Source: Gemmatimonadota bacterium (GTDB taxonomy: Bacteria; Gemmatimonadota; Gemmatimonadetes; Palauibacterales; Palauibacteraceae). From it: a DNA stretch of 64,000 bases. Positions 16,977-25,659 of the stretch are shown one piece after another. Both the position numbers and the translations under genes were made by a program. Position 1 is the stretch's first letter, and each line of letters begins with the position of its first letter. The notes below the pieces were generated by a model. That model ran no database searches. It was not told where the DNA came from and saw only the letters and a list, made by a program, of their open reading frames with translations. The DNA is taken from contig OY762926.1 in assembly GCA_963666735.1 (NCBI GenBank), positions 2,144,001 to 2,208,000 on the forward strand, written 5' to 3'.

Positions 16977-18299
16977 GTGCGCGCTGTCAGAGCCTCGCTG
17001 GTCCTTGGATGGATGTTGGTTGCCGCAACTCCTCTTGCCGCGCAGGATCGGTGGCTGGCGATCGAGGGAGGCACGGTTTTCGACGGCACGGGCGCCGTCC
17101 ACGAGAACGCGACGGTGCTGGTGCGAGGGGACCGGATCGAGGGAATCGGGCCGGCGGGGCAGGTCGAGATCCCGGCCGGGGCCCAACGCTTCGATGCGAC
17201 GGGCAAGTTCCTCACGCCGGGCTTCATCGACCTCCACTTTCACTACTCTCCCGGCCCGCATGCCTCGATCGACGGGACGGGGACCGACGCGAATCCCGAA
17301 CTGCCGCTCCTCTTCCTGGCCAACGGCGTCACCACGCAGCGGGAGATGGGGCAGTGGATCAGGGATAACGAGAACTGGCTCACCACTGTGCGAACGCTGG
17401 GGCTTGCGGCGCCGCGGCTCCTCTATTCCGGCCCGATTCTCGACGGGCGGGACACGGCCTATCCCACCATCTCCCGGGTCCTGCTGGACGAGATGGACGC
17501 CCGGATGGCGGCGAACGAGCTGATGGATCGGGGCGCGACGTCCCTGAAGGTGTATTTCCGGCTCTCGCTCGCGCAGGTCGCGGCCATCATCGAGGAGGCC
17601 GACCGCCGCAACGTCCCGGTGCACGGCCACCTCGAGATCGTCGACCCCGTCGCCGCGATCCGGCTGGGGCTGGACGGCATCGAGCACACGAGGTCGGTGG
17701 GCCGGGCCCTCGTCTCGCCCAAGCGGGCGGAGGAGTTCCGGCAGGCGGTGCTGCGCGAGAGCATCCACCGCGGAGAGGGCGGGCTGGCGCTGTGGGCGGC
17801 GCTGGATCCGGCCGGCCCGCGCGCCAACGCGCTCATCGAGCTCATGCTGGAGCGCAACGTGAACCTCGACGGCACGCTGGCCGTCTTCGAACCCGCGTTC
17901 GACGAAGAGGGTCGCGACGTACAGTGGGCGGCGATGCGGAACATGGCGGCGTTCACGGTGCGGTACGCGAAGGCCGGCGGACCCGTCACGATGGGCTCAC
18001 ACGGCCTGGTGGCCAACGCGCCCCCGGGGCTCGCCTACCAGCGCGAGATGGAAACCCATGTGGAGGCGGGGATGACGCCGGCGGAGACCTTGATCGCCGC
18101 GACCCGGATGGGCGCCGAAGCGCTGCGCCTGCCGGACAGGGGCACCCTCGCCCACGGCATGCTGGCCGACATCGTCCTCTTCGACGCCAGTCCGCTCGAG
18201 GACATCGCCAACGCGCGCCGCGTCCACGCGGTGATCCTCGGCGGCCGGGTGCTCGACCGAGACCGGCTGCTCGCCACCGCGGAGGGCCTGATCCCCTGA
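16977..18299 (+). CDS. secreted amidohydrolase family protein
   Basis: Signal peptide, PGFIDLHFH, NGVTTQR, LKVY, HGH, IEH, GMLADIV. AAAGGAG RBS before GTG. Confidence 0.88.
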   Translation: MRAVRASLVLGWMLVAATPLAAQDRWLAIEGGTVFDGTGAVHENATVLVRGDRIEGIGPAGQVEIPAGAQRFDATGKFLTPGFIDLHFHYSPGPHASIDGTGTDANPELPLLFLANGVTTQREMGQWIRDNENWLTTVRTLGLAAPRLLYSGPILDGRDTAYPTISRVLLDEMDARMAANELMDRGATSLKVYFRLSLAQVAAIIEEADRRNVPVHGHLEIVDPVAAIRLGLDGIEHTRSVGRALVSPKRAEEFRQAVLRESIHRGEGGLALWAALDPAGPRANALIELMLERNVNLDGTLAVFEPAFDEEGRDVQWAAMRNMAAFTVRYAKAGGPVTMGSHGLVANAPPGLAYQREMETHVEAGMTPAETLIAATRMGAEALRLPDRGTLAHGMLADIVLFDASPLEDIANARRVHAVILGGRVLDRDRLLATAEGLIP

Positions 18300-18345
18300 C
18301 CGAGCACCCTCTCCCGGTCATCGCGGCCCGGCAGATCTCGATCCG

Positions 18346-20100
18346 CTAACTTCCCCGCGCGGGGCCTTCGATGTGAAGCGTCACGATGTCCGCATCGTGG
18401 TATTTCTGGTGCCTCACGGACGTGGCCAAATGCTGCAGAATCCTGAGCGAAATCTCGTGCTCCTGCGGCTCCGCCGTGCCATGGCTGGCCAGAACGGCGA
18501 TCTGATCCTCGATGTTCCCCGCGCCGCCGGCCGAGATGAACTCCAGTTCGGCCCCGGTCCCCCACTTGCGGGCAACGACGCGCAGACGCCGGTCTCCGGC
18601 GTCGTCCCCTTCCTTCGCCTCCTCCAGCAGGAGCAGCAGCGTCTCCTCCGCCGCCTGCAACAGCCGGTCGCTCATCTCCATGGGCCACTTGCGCCGGATC
18701 GAGAACTTGTCGAGAAAGTTCCGGATGGTGGGGAGCGCCTCCACGTTCAGCGTCGCCTCGACGCGCAGGGGCCGCGAGCCCATCAATTCGAGCAGCGCCG
18801 TGAGGACGATCGCGGTCAGGCCGCCCGCGGTCATCCCGTTCTCGAGCAGCGGCGCCAACCCGGGGCTCAGATACTCGTTGAAGAGAGCGCCCTCCTGGAA
18901 CCCGACGCCGGCCCAGAACGACACGCCCACGATCGCCGCCTTGCGATAGTCGATGCCATCCTGGATGACGACCCGCGCCCCGATGACGAACAGGATCGCG
19001 ATCAGGACGAAGCCGTAGGCCGCGAGCACGGGGTCCGGGATGGCGAGAACGATCGCGGCGATCTTCGGCAGGAACGCCAGTGCGCAGAAGGTCACTCCGA
19101 TGCACACGCCCACGCGGCGCGCCGCGACGCCCGTGATCTCAGCCAGCGAGATGCTCGACGAATAGGTGGTGTTGGGGACGGTGCTCAGCAGCCCGGAGAG
19201 CAGGTTGCCGAGGCCGTCGGCGGCGACCGCGCCCTGAACCGCTCCGAAGTCCGTGGCTCGGCTGCGCCGCCAGGACACGCGCTGAATGGCTACGGCGTCG
19301 CCCACCGTCTCGATGGCGCCGATCAGCGTCACGAACACGAACGTCGGCAGCAGCGCCCAGAATGCGGGGCCGAAGCTGAAGCCGAAGCCCGGCCAGCCGC
19401 CCGCGGGGAGACCGATCCACCGCGCGTCGGCCACGCGCTCGAAGTCGTAGATGCCGAACGACACCGCCGCCACGCACCCGACGAAGATGCCGATCACCGG
19501 GCCCCACAGCCGCATGACGCCGCCGGCCCGGAGCACGATCAACAGAGTCGCGACAATGGTGACCAGGGCCGTCACCGGTGCCGCCACCGACGAGGCCCCC
19601 TCCGGGACCTGGCGCAGAAGATCGAACAGGAGAGGCATGATCGTGACGGCGATCAGCATGATAACGGTCCCCGCCACGACCGGCGTGATGATCCGCCTCA
19701 GGAGCGCGAGATGCCGCGAGAGCCCGAACTGGAAGAGGGAGGAGGCAATGACCAGCGATGCGAGGAGGCCCGGACCGCCCTGGACGAGCGCCGTCACGGA
19801 GGCCGCGATGAACGCGCCCGATGTCCCCATGAGGAGGACGTACCCCGCTCCCACGCGCCCGACGCGCGCGGCCTGCACGGCCGTGGTCACGCCGCTCACG
19901 ATCAGGACCGCGAAGCTGGCCCACGACAGGTAGTTCTCCGAGCCGCCGGCCGCTCGCACCACGATCGCCACCGTGATGACGATGGCCGCGATGGTGAGGA
20001 CGACGTACTGGAGCGCGAGTCCGATCGCGATCCGGTACGGGGGCGTCTCATCGGGCTGGTACTGGATCGCGCTGTTGAAGTCGCGGGGTTCTGCCGCCAT
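18346..20100 (-). CDS. NCS2/NAT (xanthine-uracil) family permease with extra C-terminal soluble domain
   Basis: TPVVAGTVI, IETVGD, ADGLGNLLSG, TGVAARRVG, FLPK...IPDPV; about 140-aa soluble tail. Confidence 0.88.
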   Translation of the reverse strand: MAAEPRDFNSAIQYQPDETPPYRIAIGLALQYVVLTIAAIVITVAIVVRAAGGSENYLSWASFAVLIVSGVTTAVQAARVGRVGAGYVLLMGTSGAFIAASVTALVQGGPGLLASLVIASSLFQFGLSRHLALLRRIITPVVAGTVIMLIAVTIMPLLFDLLRQVPEGASSVAAPVTALVTIVATLLIVLRAGGVMRLWGPVIGIFVGCVAAVSFGIYDFERVADARWIGLPAGGWPGFGFSFGPAFWALLPTFVFVTLIGAIETVGDAVAIQRVSWRRSRATDFGAVQGAVAADGLGNLLSGLLSTVPNTTYSSSISLAEITGVAARRVGVCIGVTFCALAFLPKIAAIVLAIPDPVLAAYGFVLIAILFVIGARVVIQDGIDYRKAAIVGVSFWAGVGFQEGALFNEYLSPGLAPLLENGMTAGGLTAIVLTALLELMGSRPLRVEATLNVEALPTIRNFLDKFSIRRKWPMEMSDRLLQAAEETLLLLLEEAKEGDDAGDRRLRVVARKWGTGAELEFISAGGAGNIEDQIAVLASHGTAEPQEHEISLRILQHLATSVRHQKYHDADIVTLHIEGPARGS

Positions 20101-20212
20101 CGGTCACATCCATCGTTGGGGAACGGAGATGCCGAACGCTCGCGCTCGAAGCTCAATCCGACGGGGACGACCCGCAAGACCGTGCCGGTGCCGCGGCCCG
20201 CGGCGCGAAACC

Positions 20213-20250
20213 TTGACCCAAAACGCTAATATGGTCCATATTGGTCCAAT
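20213..20250 (+). promoter_or_regulatory. putative TA promoter with two adjacent palindromes
   Basis: TTGACC 20213-20218; TATGGTCCATA 20230-20240 and ATTGGTCCAAT 20240-20250. Confidence 0.6.
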
Positions 20251-20294
20251 TCTACTCCGCTGGTCGGATGGGCCGATTATTGGATGGAAGGAGC

Positions 20295-20591
20295 ATGCCA
20301 GTGGACACTTCCGGGTTCGCTCGCACATGGAGAGTCGCCGAGGCGAAGGCGCGCCTGTCCGAGATCCTGCGCCTTGCGGACGAACAGGGACCGCAGCGTA
20401 TCGGCGTTCGAAGGTCATTTGTCGTCGTCTCCGAACGCCTCTGGCGGGAGAAGGCTCCGATCCGGCAGCCTCTCGGCCGGTGGCTGATCGATCACATGCC
20501 TCGCGGGATGGACCTGGAGATTCCGCGGGAGCGAGGGTCCGCGCGGCGGATCCCTTTCGCTTCGGATGACGTCCGGGACGACACCGAATGA
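20295..20591 (+). CDS. Phd/YefM family antitoxin
   Basis: WRVAEAKARLSEILRLA...GPQRI; AAGGAG RBS; overlaps the toxin start. Confidence 0.85.
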   Translation: MPVDTSGFARTWRVAEAKARLSEILRLADEQGPQRIGVRRSFVVVSERLWREKAPIRQPLGRWLIDHMPRGMDLEIPRERGSARRIPFASDDVRDDTE

Positions 20592-21007
20592 GCGGCGTCC
20601 TCCTGGACACCAACGTAATCTCGGAACTCACGAAGAAGGTCCCCGCCCCGCCCGTGGTCGCGTTTCTCTCCGTGCGAGACGACCTCTGGCTGTCTGCGCT
20701 GGTACTGCACGAACTGGAGTTCGGTCTGCGCCTCCTGCCTCGCGGAAACCGCCGAGACGCGCTCCGTGGCGTGTTGTCGGAGTTCATCCGGCACTACGAG
20801 GACCGTATTCTGCCCGTGGACGAGACGGTCGCCGTGCGGGCTGCCCGCTTTCGCGCCGTGGCCCGTAAGCGAGGACGCTCGATCGACCTGGGAGATGCAC
20901 TGATTGCGGGAACGGCCAAGGCTTGCGACTTGTCGCTCGCGACGAGGAACGTGGCGGATTTCAGCGGACTCGAACTCGTCCTCACGAACCCGTGGGATTT
21001 TCGCTGA
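20588..21007 (+). CDS. vapC: VapC PIN toxin
   Basis: LLDTNVISE, HELEFG, DALIAGTA, LATRNVADF, NPW. Confidence 0.93.
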   Translation: MSGVLLDTNVISELTKKVPAPPVVAFLSVRDDLWLSALVLHELEFGLRLLPRGNRRDALRGVLSEFIRHYEDRILPVDETVAVRAARFRAVARKRGRSIDLGDALIAGTAKACDLSLATRNVADFSGLELVLTNPWDFR

Positions 21008-21023
21008 GCCGCCCGGCGCCGGC

Positions 21024-22277
21024 TCAGGTCGAGGCCATGCATCGCTCCGCCCGGGCCGTGACCGCGCTGCGGAATCGCGACAACGCCTCCGCATCCAGCC
21101 ACGGCATCGTCAGTTCCTCCGCCACTTCGCGTGCCCGCCGGACCACCGATTCCCCGATTTCGGCGACCCGCCTCCGGATCAGCGGGAGTCCCAGCGTCGC
21201 TTCTTCCGCAAAGGCGGCCCAACGGCCAGGGTCCATCTCGGCGAGTGTGGCGCACCCTCCGATGGGCATGGCGAGCGCGGGCGACAGCTCCGGGTAGGCA
21301 GCGGTCATCACGAGGTCGTAGAGCGGAGCGAGGCGAGGTCCGGCCGCGTCGTACAGGAGCGAGAAGTTCTTCCCGTGCGCGCCGGCGTTGCCGACGATCA
21401 GGTTGAGAATCACAGCGTCGAGGAGCTTCAGAACCTCGACGGCGGGGCGGAGCGCGACCCGGCGCAGGAGCGCGAAGCTCTCCTCCAGGCCCGGCCCCCC
21501 CTCACCCGCGTACTTGACTTCGGGCGGTACCGCGAGCGCCTGACAGAAGTCTTCCTGATGGACGCGGCGTACGCGGCCATCCGGACCGGCCGACCGATCG
21601 TATCGTTCGACCAGGAGGAACGTTCGGTCTCCCGCTCGTCGAGGTTCCACGGATGCGACGGACAGACCCGCAGCTCGCGCGAGCCGCATCGCGAAGGCTT
21701 CGTTCGCCGTCGTGTGCGGAAAGTCGGAGATCGCCGGCTTCAGGATGTGGGTTGTCGGCTGCCCTGGGGCGGGAAGTGCGATCCGGCCATCGACCGTAAC
21801 GACGGGCAGTTTCGACTGGGCCCCGGCCAGCGAGAGGCGCAGGCCGTCCTCCCCGGCAAGCAGAGGCCGCCACGGCAGCTTGTCGAGCAGGTCGAGCAGC
21901 GCCGCGTCGTCAAGCGGTTGAAGCGAACCGCCCGAATCCCGCTCCCCCGGCGGTTCTCCGGGTGGCAGCAGTTGCAGCGCTCCCGCGACTTCACCGCCGA
22001 GACGATCGAGCAGGGCGAAGTCGTTCAGCGGGGAGAGGCCCAGTGACCTTGCGACGCGGTCCCGCTGGATCTCCTCCGGCAGGAGGCCGGCGAAGAAGGG
22101 GCGGCATTCGCGGCGGGGGTATCGCCTCGCCCGCTTGGGCAGCGATGCGGACAGCGCCGGGGCCCGATCGTCCCGCAGCCAGTCGTCCGCGTACGTGAAC
22201 GCCATGGCGGCGGGCCGAGACTGCGTTAAACGACCGACGAGCCGCCCATCCCACCAAATGTCGAGGGCGCGGTTCAT
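21024..22277 (-). CDS. hipA: HipA family kinase toxin (catalytic Asp replaced by Gly)
   Basis: FFAGLLPE, LSLAGAQSK, HILKP, ERYDR, HQEDFCQ, GNAGAHGKNFS, LAPLYD. Confidence 0.93.
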   Translation of the reverse strand: MNRALDIWWDGRLVGRLTQSRPAAMAFTYADDWLRDDRAPALSASLPKRARRYPRRECRPFFAGLLPEEIQRDRVARSLGLSPLNDFALLDRLGGEVAGALQLLPPGEPPGERDSGGSLQPLDDAALLDLLDKLPWRPLLAGEDGLRLSLAGAQSKLPVVTVDGRIALPAPGQPTTHILKPAISDFPHTTANEAFAMRLARAAGLSVASVEPRRAGDRTFLLVERYDRSAGPDGRVRRVHQEDFCQALAVPPEVKYAGEGGPGLEESFALLRRVALRPAVEVLKLLDAVILNLIVGNAGAHGKNFSLLYDAAGPRLAPLYDLVMTAAYPELSPALAMPIGGCATLAEMDPGRWAAFAEEATLGLPLIRRRVAEIGESVVRRAREVAEELTMPWLDAEALSRFRSAVTARAERCMAST

Positions 22278-22531
22278 GTATCGCGAACACCGGCCGGTGT
22301 GGTCGCGTCGGTCTTGGGTGGGGGAATGATCTCGACCGCACAGCCGAGCGCCACCAGAACCTGAAGGACCTTTCCGATCTGCGCGGTCGGTTTTCCCGCT
22401 TCAAGATCCACGATGAAGCGCAGGCCCACCCCCGCTGTGCCCGCAAGCTCATGCTGGCGCAGCCCCGCGTCCTTGCGCGCGACTCGAACGATTTCGCCGA
22501 TCTCGGAAGGCGTGACGGTGCGTTTCTTCAT
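22274..22531 (-). CDS. hipB: HipB-like XRE HTH antitoxin
   Basis: IGEIVRVARKDAGLRQHELAGTAGVGLRFIVDLEAGKPT; ATGA overlap with hipA. Confidence 0.88.
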   Translation of the reverse strand: MKKRTVTPSEIGEIVRVARKDAGLRQHELAGTAGVGLRFIVDLEAGKPTAQIGKVLQVLVALGCAVEIIPPPKTDATTPAGVRDT

Positions 22532-22536
22532 GACAT

Positions 22537-22652
22537 GTTCCCGGTCGGGAATATCGTCCCGGTTCGCGGCGGATGTCAAGACTATTATTCCCGTACGGGA
22601 ATTGTTCGCACTCAACTACCGTTTATGAGCAGAATCGTTCCCGTTCGGGAAC
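22537..22652. promoter_or_regulatory. three TTCCCG-NN-CGGGAA palindromic operators at 50-bp spacing
   Basis: Palindromes start at 22538, 22588 and 22638, directly upstream of hipB. Confidence 0.85.
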
Positions 22653-22783
22653 ATGGATACGTGTGCGAGCGCACCGCAATCAGGCTTCGCGCGCCTAATG
22701 GTCGCTCATCTGTTCACGCGTGGATCGCCCGGCCACGGCGTGCGATAGACTCGATGGCGACCGGGAGCTGGGTGCCGAGAGAA

Positions 22784-22856
22784 AGCGGGCGACCGGGGTC
22801 GAACCGGCGACCTTCAGCTTGGAAGGCTGACGCTCTGCCAACTGAGCTACGCCCGC
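22784..22856 (-). tRNA. tRNA-Gly (TCC)
   Basis: GCGGGCG acceptor stem, TCAGC-CT-TCC-AA-GCTGA anticodon arm, GGTTCGA T-loop; CCA not encoded. Confidence 0.96.
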
Positions 22857-22963
22857 GAGGCCGTCGAATCTGGCGACGCGGGCCGTGGCCGGGCAAGTTT
22901 CGGCGTCGTGCGGGGGGTTCTTTGGGCGCGACTCTGCGCTACGAAATCGAGGAGGATGACCGA

Positions 22964-23320
22964 GTGAGCGTTCGACATGTCTCGGAGTTCGGGCTGACGC
23001 CGGTCGCCGCCGGGTCGGGCGCCGAAACGCAGGTTCTCATCGGTCCGGATCAGGGGCCCAACTTCGCGCTGCGGCGCTTCGTCATGCAGCCGGGCGGGGG
23101 GATGCCGCGGCACACGAACACCGTGGAACACGAACAGTACGTCCTCCGGGGGCAGGCCCGGGTGTCGATCGGGGACGAGAGGCACGACGTGAGAGCCGGG
23201 GACGTCGTCTACATTCCGGCGGGGACGCCACACTCCTACGATGCGGTGGGGGATGAACCGTTCGAGTTCCTGTGCGCGGTCCCGAACCGCCCCGACAAGA
23301 TCGAACTCGTCGACTGCTGA
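22964..23320 (+). CDS. cupin domain protein
   Basis: PRHTNTVEHEQYVLRG, GDVVYIPAGTPH; GAGGAGG RBS. Confidence 0.9.
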   Translation: MSVRHVSEFGLTPVAAGSGAETQVLIGPDQGPNFALRRFVMQPGGGMPRHTNTVEHEQYVLRGQARVSIGDERHDVRAGDVVYIPAGTPHSYDAVGDEPFEFLCAVPNRPDKIELVDC

Positions 23321-23370
23321 GCCAGGCCCGGCGTGTCCGGGCACCCGGCAGCCCGCGACGGGAGTCGACG

Positions 23371-24417
23371 CTAAGCCATGAGGACGATCCTTCCGACGAC
23401 GCCTCCCGCCTCCAGGTCGCGCAGGCTCGCCTCCGCTTCCGCCATCGGTCGCGTCGCGTAGGGGATCGGGTCGACGCGCCCGGAGCGGACCAGTTCCATC
23501 AACTCCCCCATCTCGGCGAGACTTCCGAGATCGGACCCCTGGACGGCGAGATCCTTCAACACGAGCAGCGGCAGCGGCACCGGGAGAGAGCCGCCCAGCA
23601 GGCCCACGACGACGAGGCCGCCGCTCTTCGCGACGGTCCGGAAACCGAGGGCGGCGGACGCCGAGGAGCCGGCGAAGTCGACCACCGCGGCGCAGCCGCC
23701 CTTCGTCAGCCGCTTCAGTTGCCGGGCCGCGTCGTCGTCGCGGGCATCGACGACGTGCGCGGCCCCCGCCCGCCTGGCCGCATCGAGCTTCGCGTCATCG
23801 ACCTCGACCACGATGAGTTCGGCGTCGAAGAGCGCCCTCGCGATCCGGATGCCGGCGAAACCGACGCCGCCGGCCCCGATGATGACGAGTTGGTCCTCCA
23901 GCCACCGTTCCGCCTTGCGGAGGGCGCTGTAGGCGGTGAGCCCCGAGCACGCGTACGTGCACGCCAACTCGGGCGCGACATCCCCGAAATCGAACAGGTA
24001 GCGCGGATGCGGGACGATGACGTGGTCCGCGAAGCCCCCGTCGAGGTGCGTGCCGAGGGCCCGCGGGCGATGGCAGAGGTGCTCTCGGCCGCTGTCGCAG
24101 AAGTCGCAGGCGCCGCAACCGATCCACGGGAAGACGACGCGGGCATCGCCTACGCCGACGCCCTCCGCATCCCGCCCGGCCGCGGCGACCTCGCCGACGA
24201 TCTCGTGCCCGAGCGTGAAGGGCAGTTCGCGCACCGCCCGGACGTCGAGCTTCCGCCCGCCGCCCATCTCGAAGTAGCCCCGCCACAGGTGCAGGTCGCT
24301 GTGGCAGACACCGCACGCGCGGACACGGACGAGCACCTCCGTGCTCGCCGGTTCGGGCGTCGGCCGCTTGGCCAGCCCGAGCGGCTCGCCGTACTCGCGG
24401 AACTGGTAGCTCTTCAT
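23371..24417 (-). CDS. Zn-dependent alcohol dehydrogenase
   Basis: CGVCHSD, LGHE, CGACDFC...C, GAGGVG. Confidence 0.93.
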   Translation of the reverse strand: MKSYQFREYGEPLGLAKRPTPEPASTEVLVRVRACGVCHSDLHLWRGYFEMGGGRKLDVRAVRELPFTLGHEIVGEVAAAGRDAEGVGVGDARVVFPWIGCGACDFCDSGREHLCHRPRALGTHLDGGFADHVIVPHPRYLFDFGDVAPELACTYACSGLTAYSALRKAERWLEDQLVIIGAGGVGFAGIRIARALFDAELIVVEVDDAKLDAARRAGAAHVVDARDDDAARQLKRLTKGGCAAVVDFAGSSASAALGFRTVAKSGGLVVVGLLGGSLPVPLPLLVLKDLAVQGSDLGSLAEMGELMELVRSGRVDPIPYATRPMAEAEASLRDLEAGGVVGRIVLMA

Positions 24418-25604
24418 CTTCTCCCCCCGCTTCTTCCCCCGTGTCGTGTCGCCAGGACTTTCGCGAACGCGTCCACGACATCCCGCATCTGAGCGGCCCC
24501 CGCCAGGAGGACCTCCTGCTTGATCCAGATCGTCGTGCGACAGAGCCGGTCGCATACCGGAAACCCTCGCTCGAGCGGTGTCGCGTAGCCCGGATGCGCC
24601 GGGATCCCCTCGGCCCGAAGCGCCTCGATGATCCAGCGTTTGCCGCGGTCCTTGCCGCAGTCCTTGTCGCGATCCGCCGCGAGTACCGATTCATCGAGCC
24701 GGATGATGAAGATGTGGCAGCCGTGGGCCGTGATGCGCTCGTCCCGGTCCGGCGTCTTCACACCCTCCAGCTCCGCCAGACCCGTCGTGAGCGCCTCCAT
24801 CGCCTGCCGGCGGATGGCCTGTTCGGCGGGCAGGCGTTCCAGGCCGGCCAGAAGGAGGGCCGCCTGGAACTCGGTCATGCGGAGGTTCAGTCCGACGGCC
24901 GCGTGGGCGTGCCGGCTTCCCCCCGGATCGCGGCCGCAGTCGTGCCACGACCAGGCGCGCCGGTAGATGGCTTCGTCGTCGGTGAGCACCATTCCGCCCT
25001 CGCCAGCCGACAGGTTCTTGCTCGACTGGAAGCTGAACGCGCCCGCGTCGCCCAGCGTCCCCGCACCGCGTCCGCGCCAACTTGCGAGCCACGCCTGCGC
25101 GGCGTCCTCGACGACCCGGAGGCCGCGGCGGGCAGCGATCTGGTTCACGCGATCCATGTCGGCCGGGCGACCGCCGATATGAACGGGCAGGATCGCCGCC
25201 GTGCGCTCCGTGATCGCGTCCTCGATCAGCGTCGGATCCAGGTTGTGCGTCCGCGGCTCCACGTCGACGAACACCGGAACGGCGCCGAGCGACCGGGCGG
25301 CGTGGGCCGTCGCCACGAAGCTGTACGGGCTCGTGATGACCTCGTCGCCGGGCTGCACCCCGGCAGCGACGAGGGCGGCCTGAAGCGCCGTCGTGCCATT
25401 GCAGCAGGCCACGGCGTACCGGGCGCCGTGCAGCGCGGCGAAGCGGGCCTCCAGCTCCGGGACGGACCCGCCGCCCAGTCCCCATCGGCCCGATTCGAGC
25501 ACGTCGGCGAGGGCGCGCCGCTCCGCCGCCCCGTAGCGCGGCCACGCGGGCCACGGCGCCGTGCGGACCGGGGCGCCGCCGTCGATCGCCAGCTTGGCGC
25601 TCAT
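24414..25604 (-). CDS. DegT/DnrJ/EryC1/StrS PLP aminotransferase
   Basis: NGTTAL, VEDAAQA, FSFQSSKNLSAGEGG, NLRMTEFQAA; ATGA overlap with the ADH. Confidence 0.93.
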   Translation of the reverse strand: MSAKLAIDGGAPVRTAPWPAWPRYGAAERRALADVLESGRWGLGGGSVPELEARFAALHGARYAVACCNGTTALQAALVAAGVQPGDEVITSPYSFVATAHAARSLGAVPVFVDVEPRTHNLDPTLIEDAITERTAAILPVHIGGRPADMDRVNQIAARRGLRVVEDAAQAWLASWRGRGAGTLGDAGAFSFQSSKNLSAGEGGMVLTDDEAIYRRAWSWHDCGRDPGGSRHAHAAVGLNLRMTEFQAALLLAGLERLPAEQAIRRQAMEALTTGLAELEGVKTPDRDERITAHGCHIFIIRLDESVLAADRDKDCGKDRGKRWIIEALRAEGIPAHPGYATPLERGFPVCDRLCRTTIWIKQEVLLAGAAQMRDVVDAFAKVLATRHGGRSGGRR

Positions 25605-25659
25605 GCGCTTCCCGGCACGATTCGTGGCACGGCTCGCCGCGCAGCCCGTGCTACGCCGG

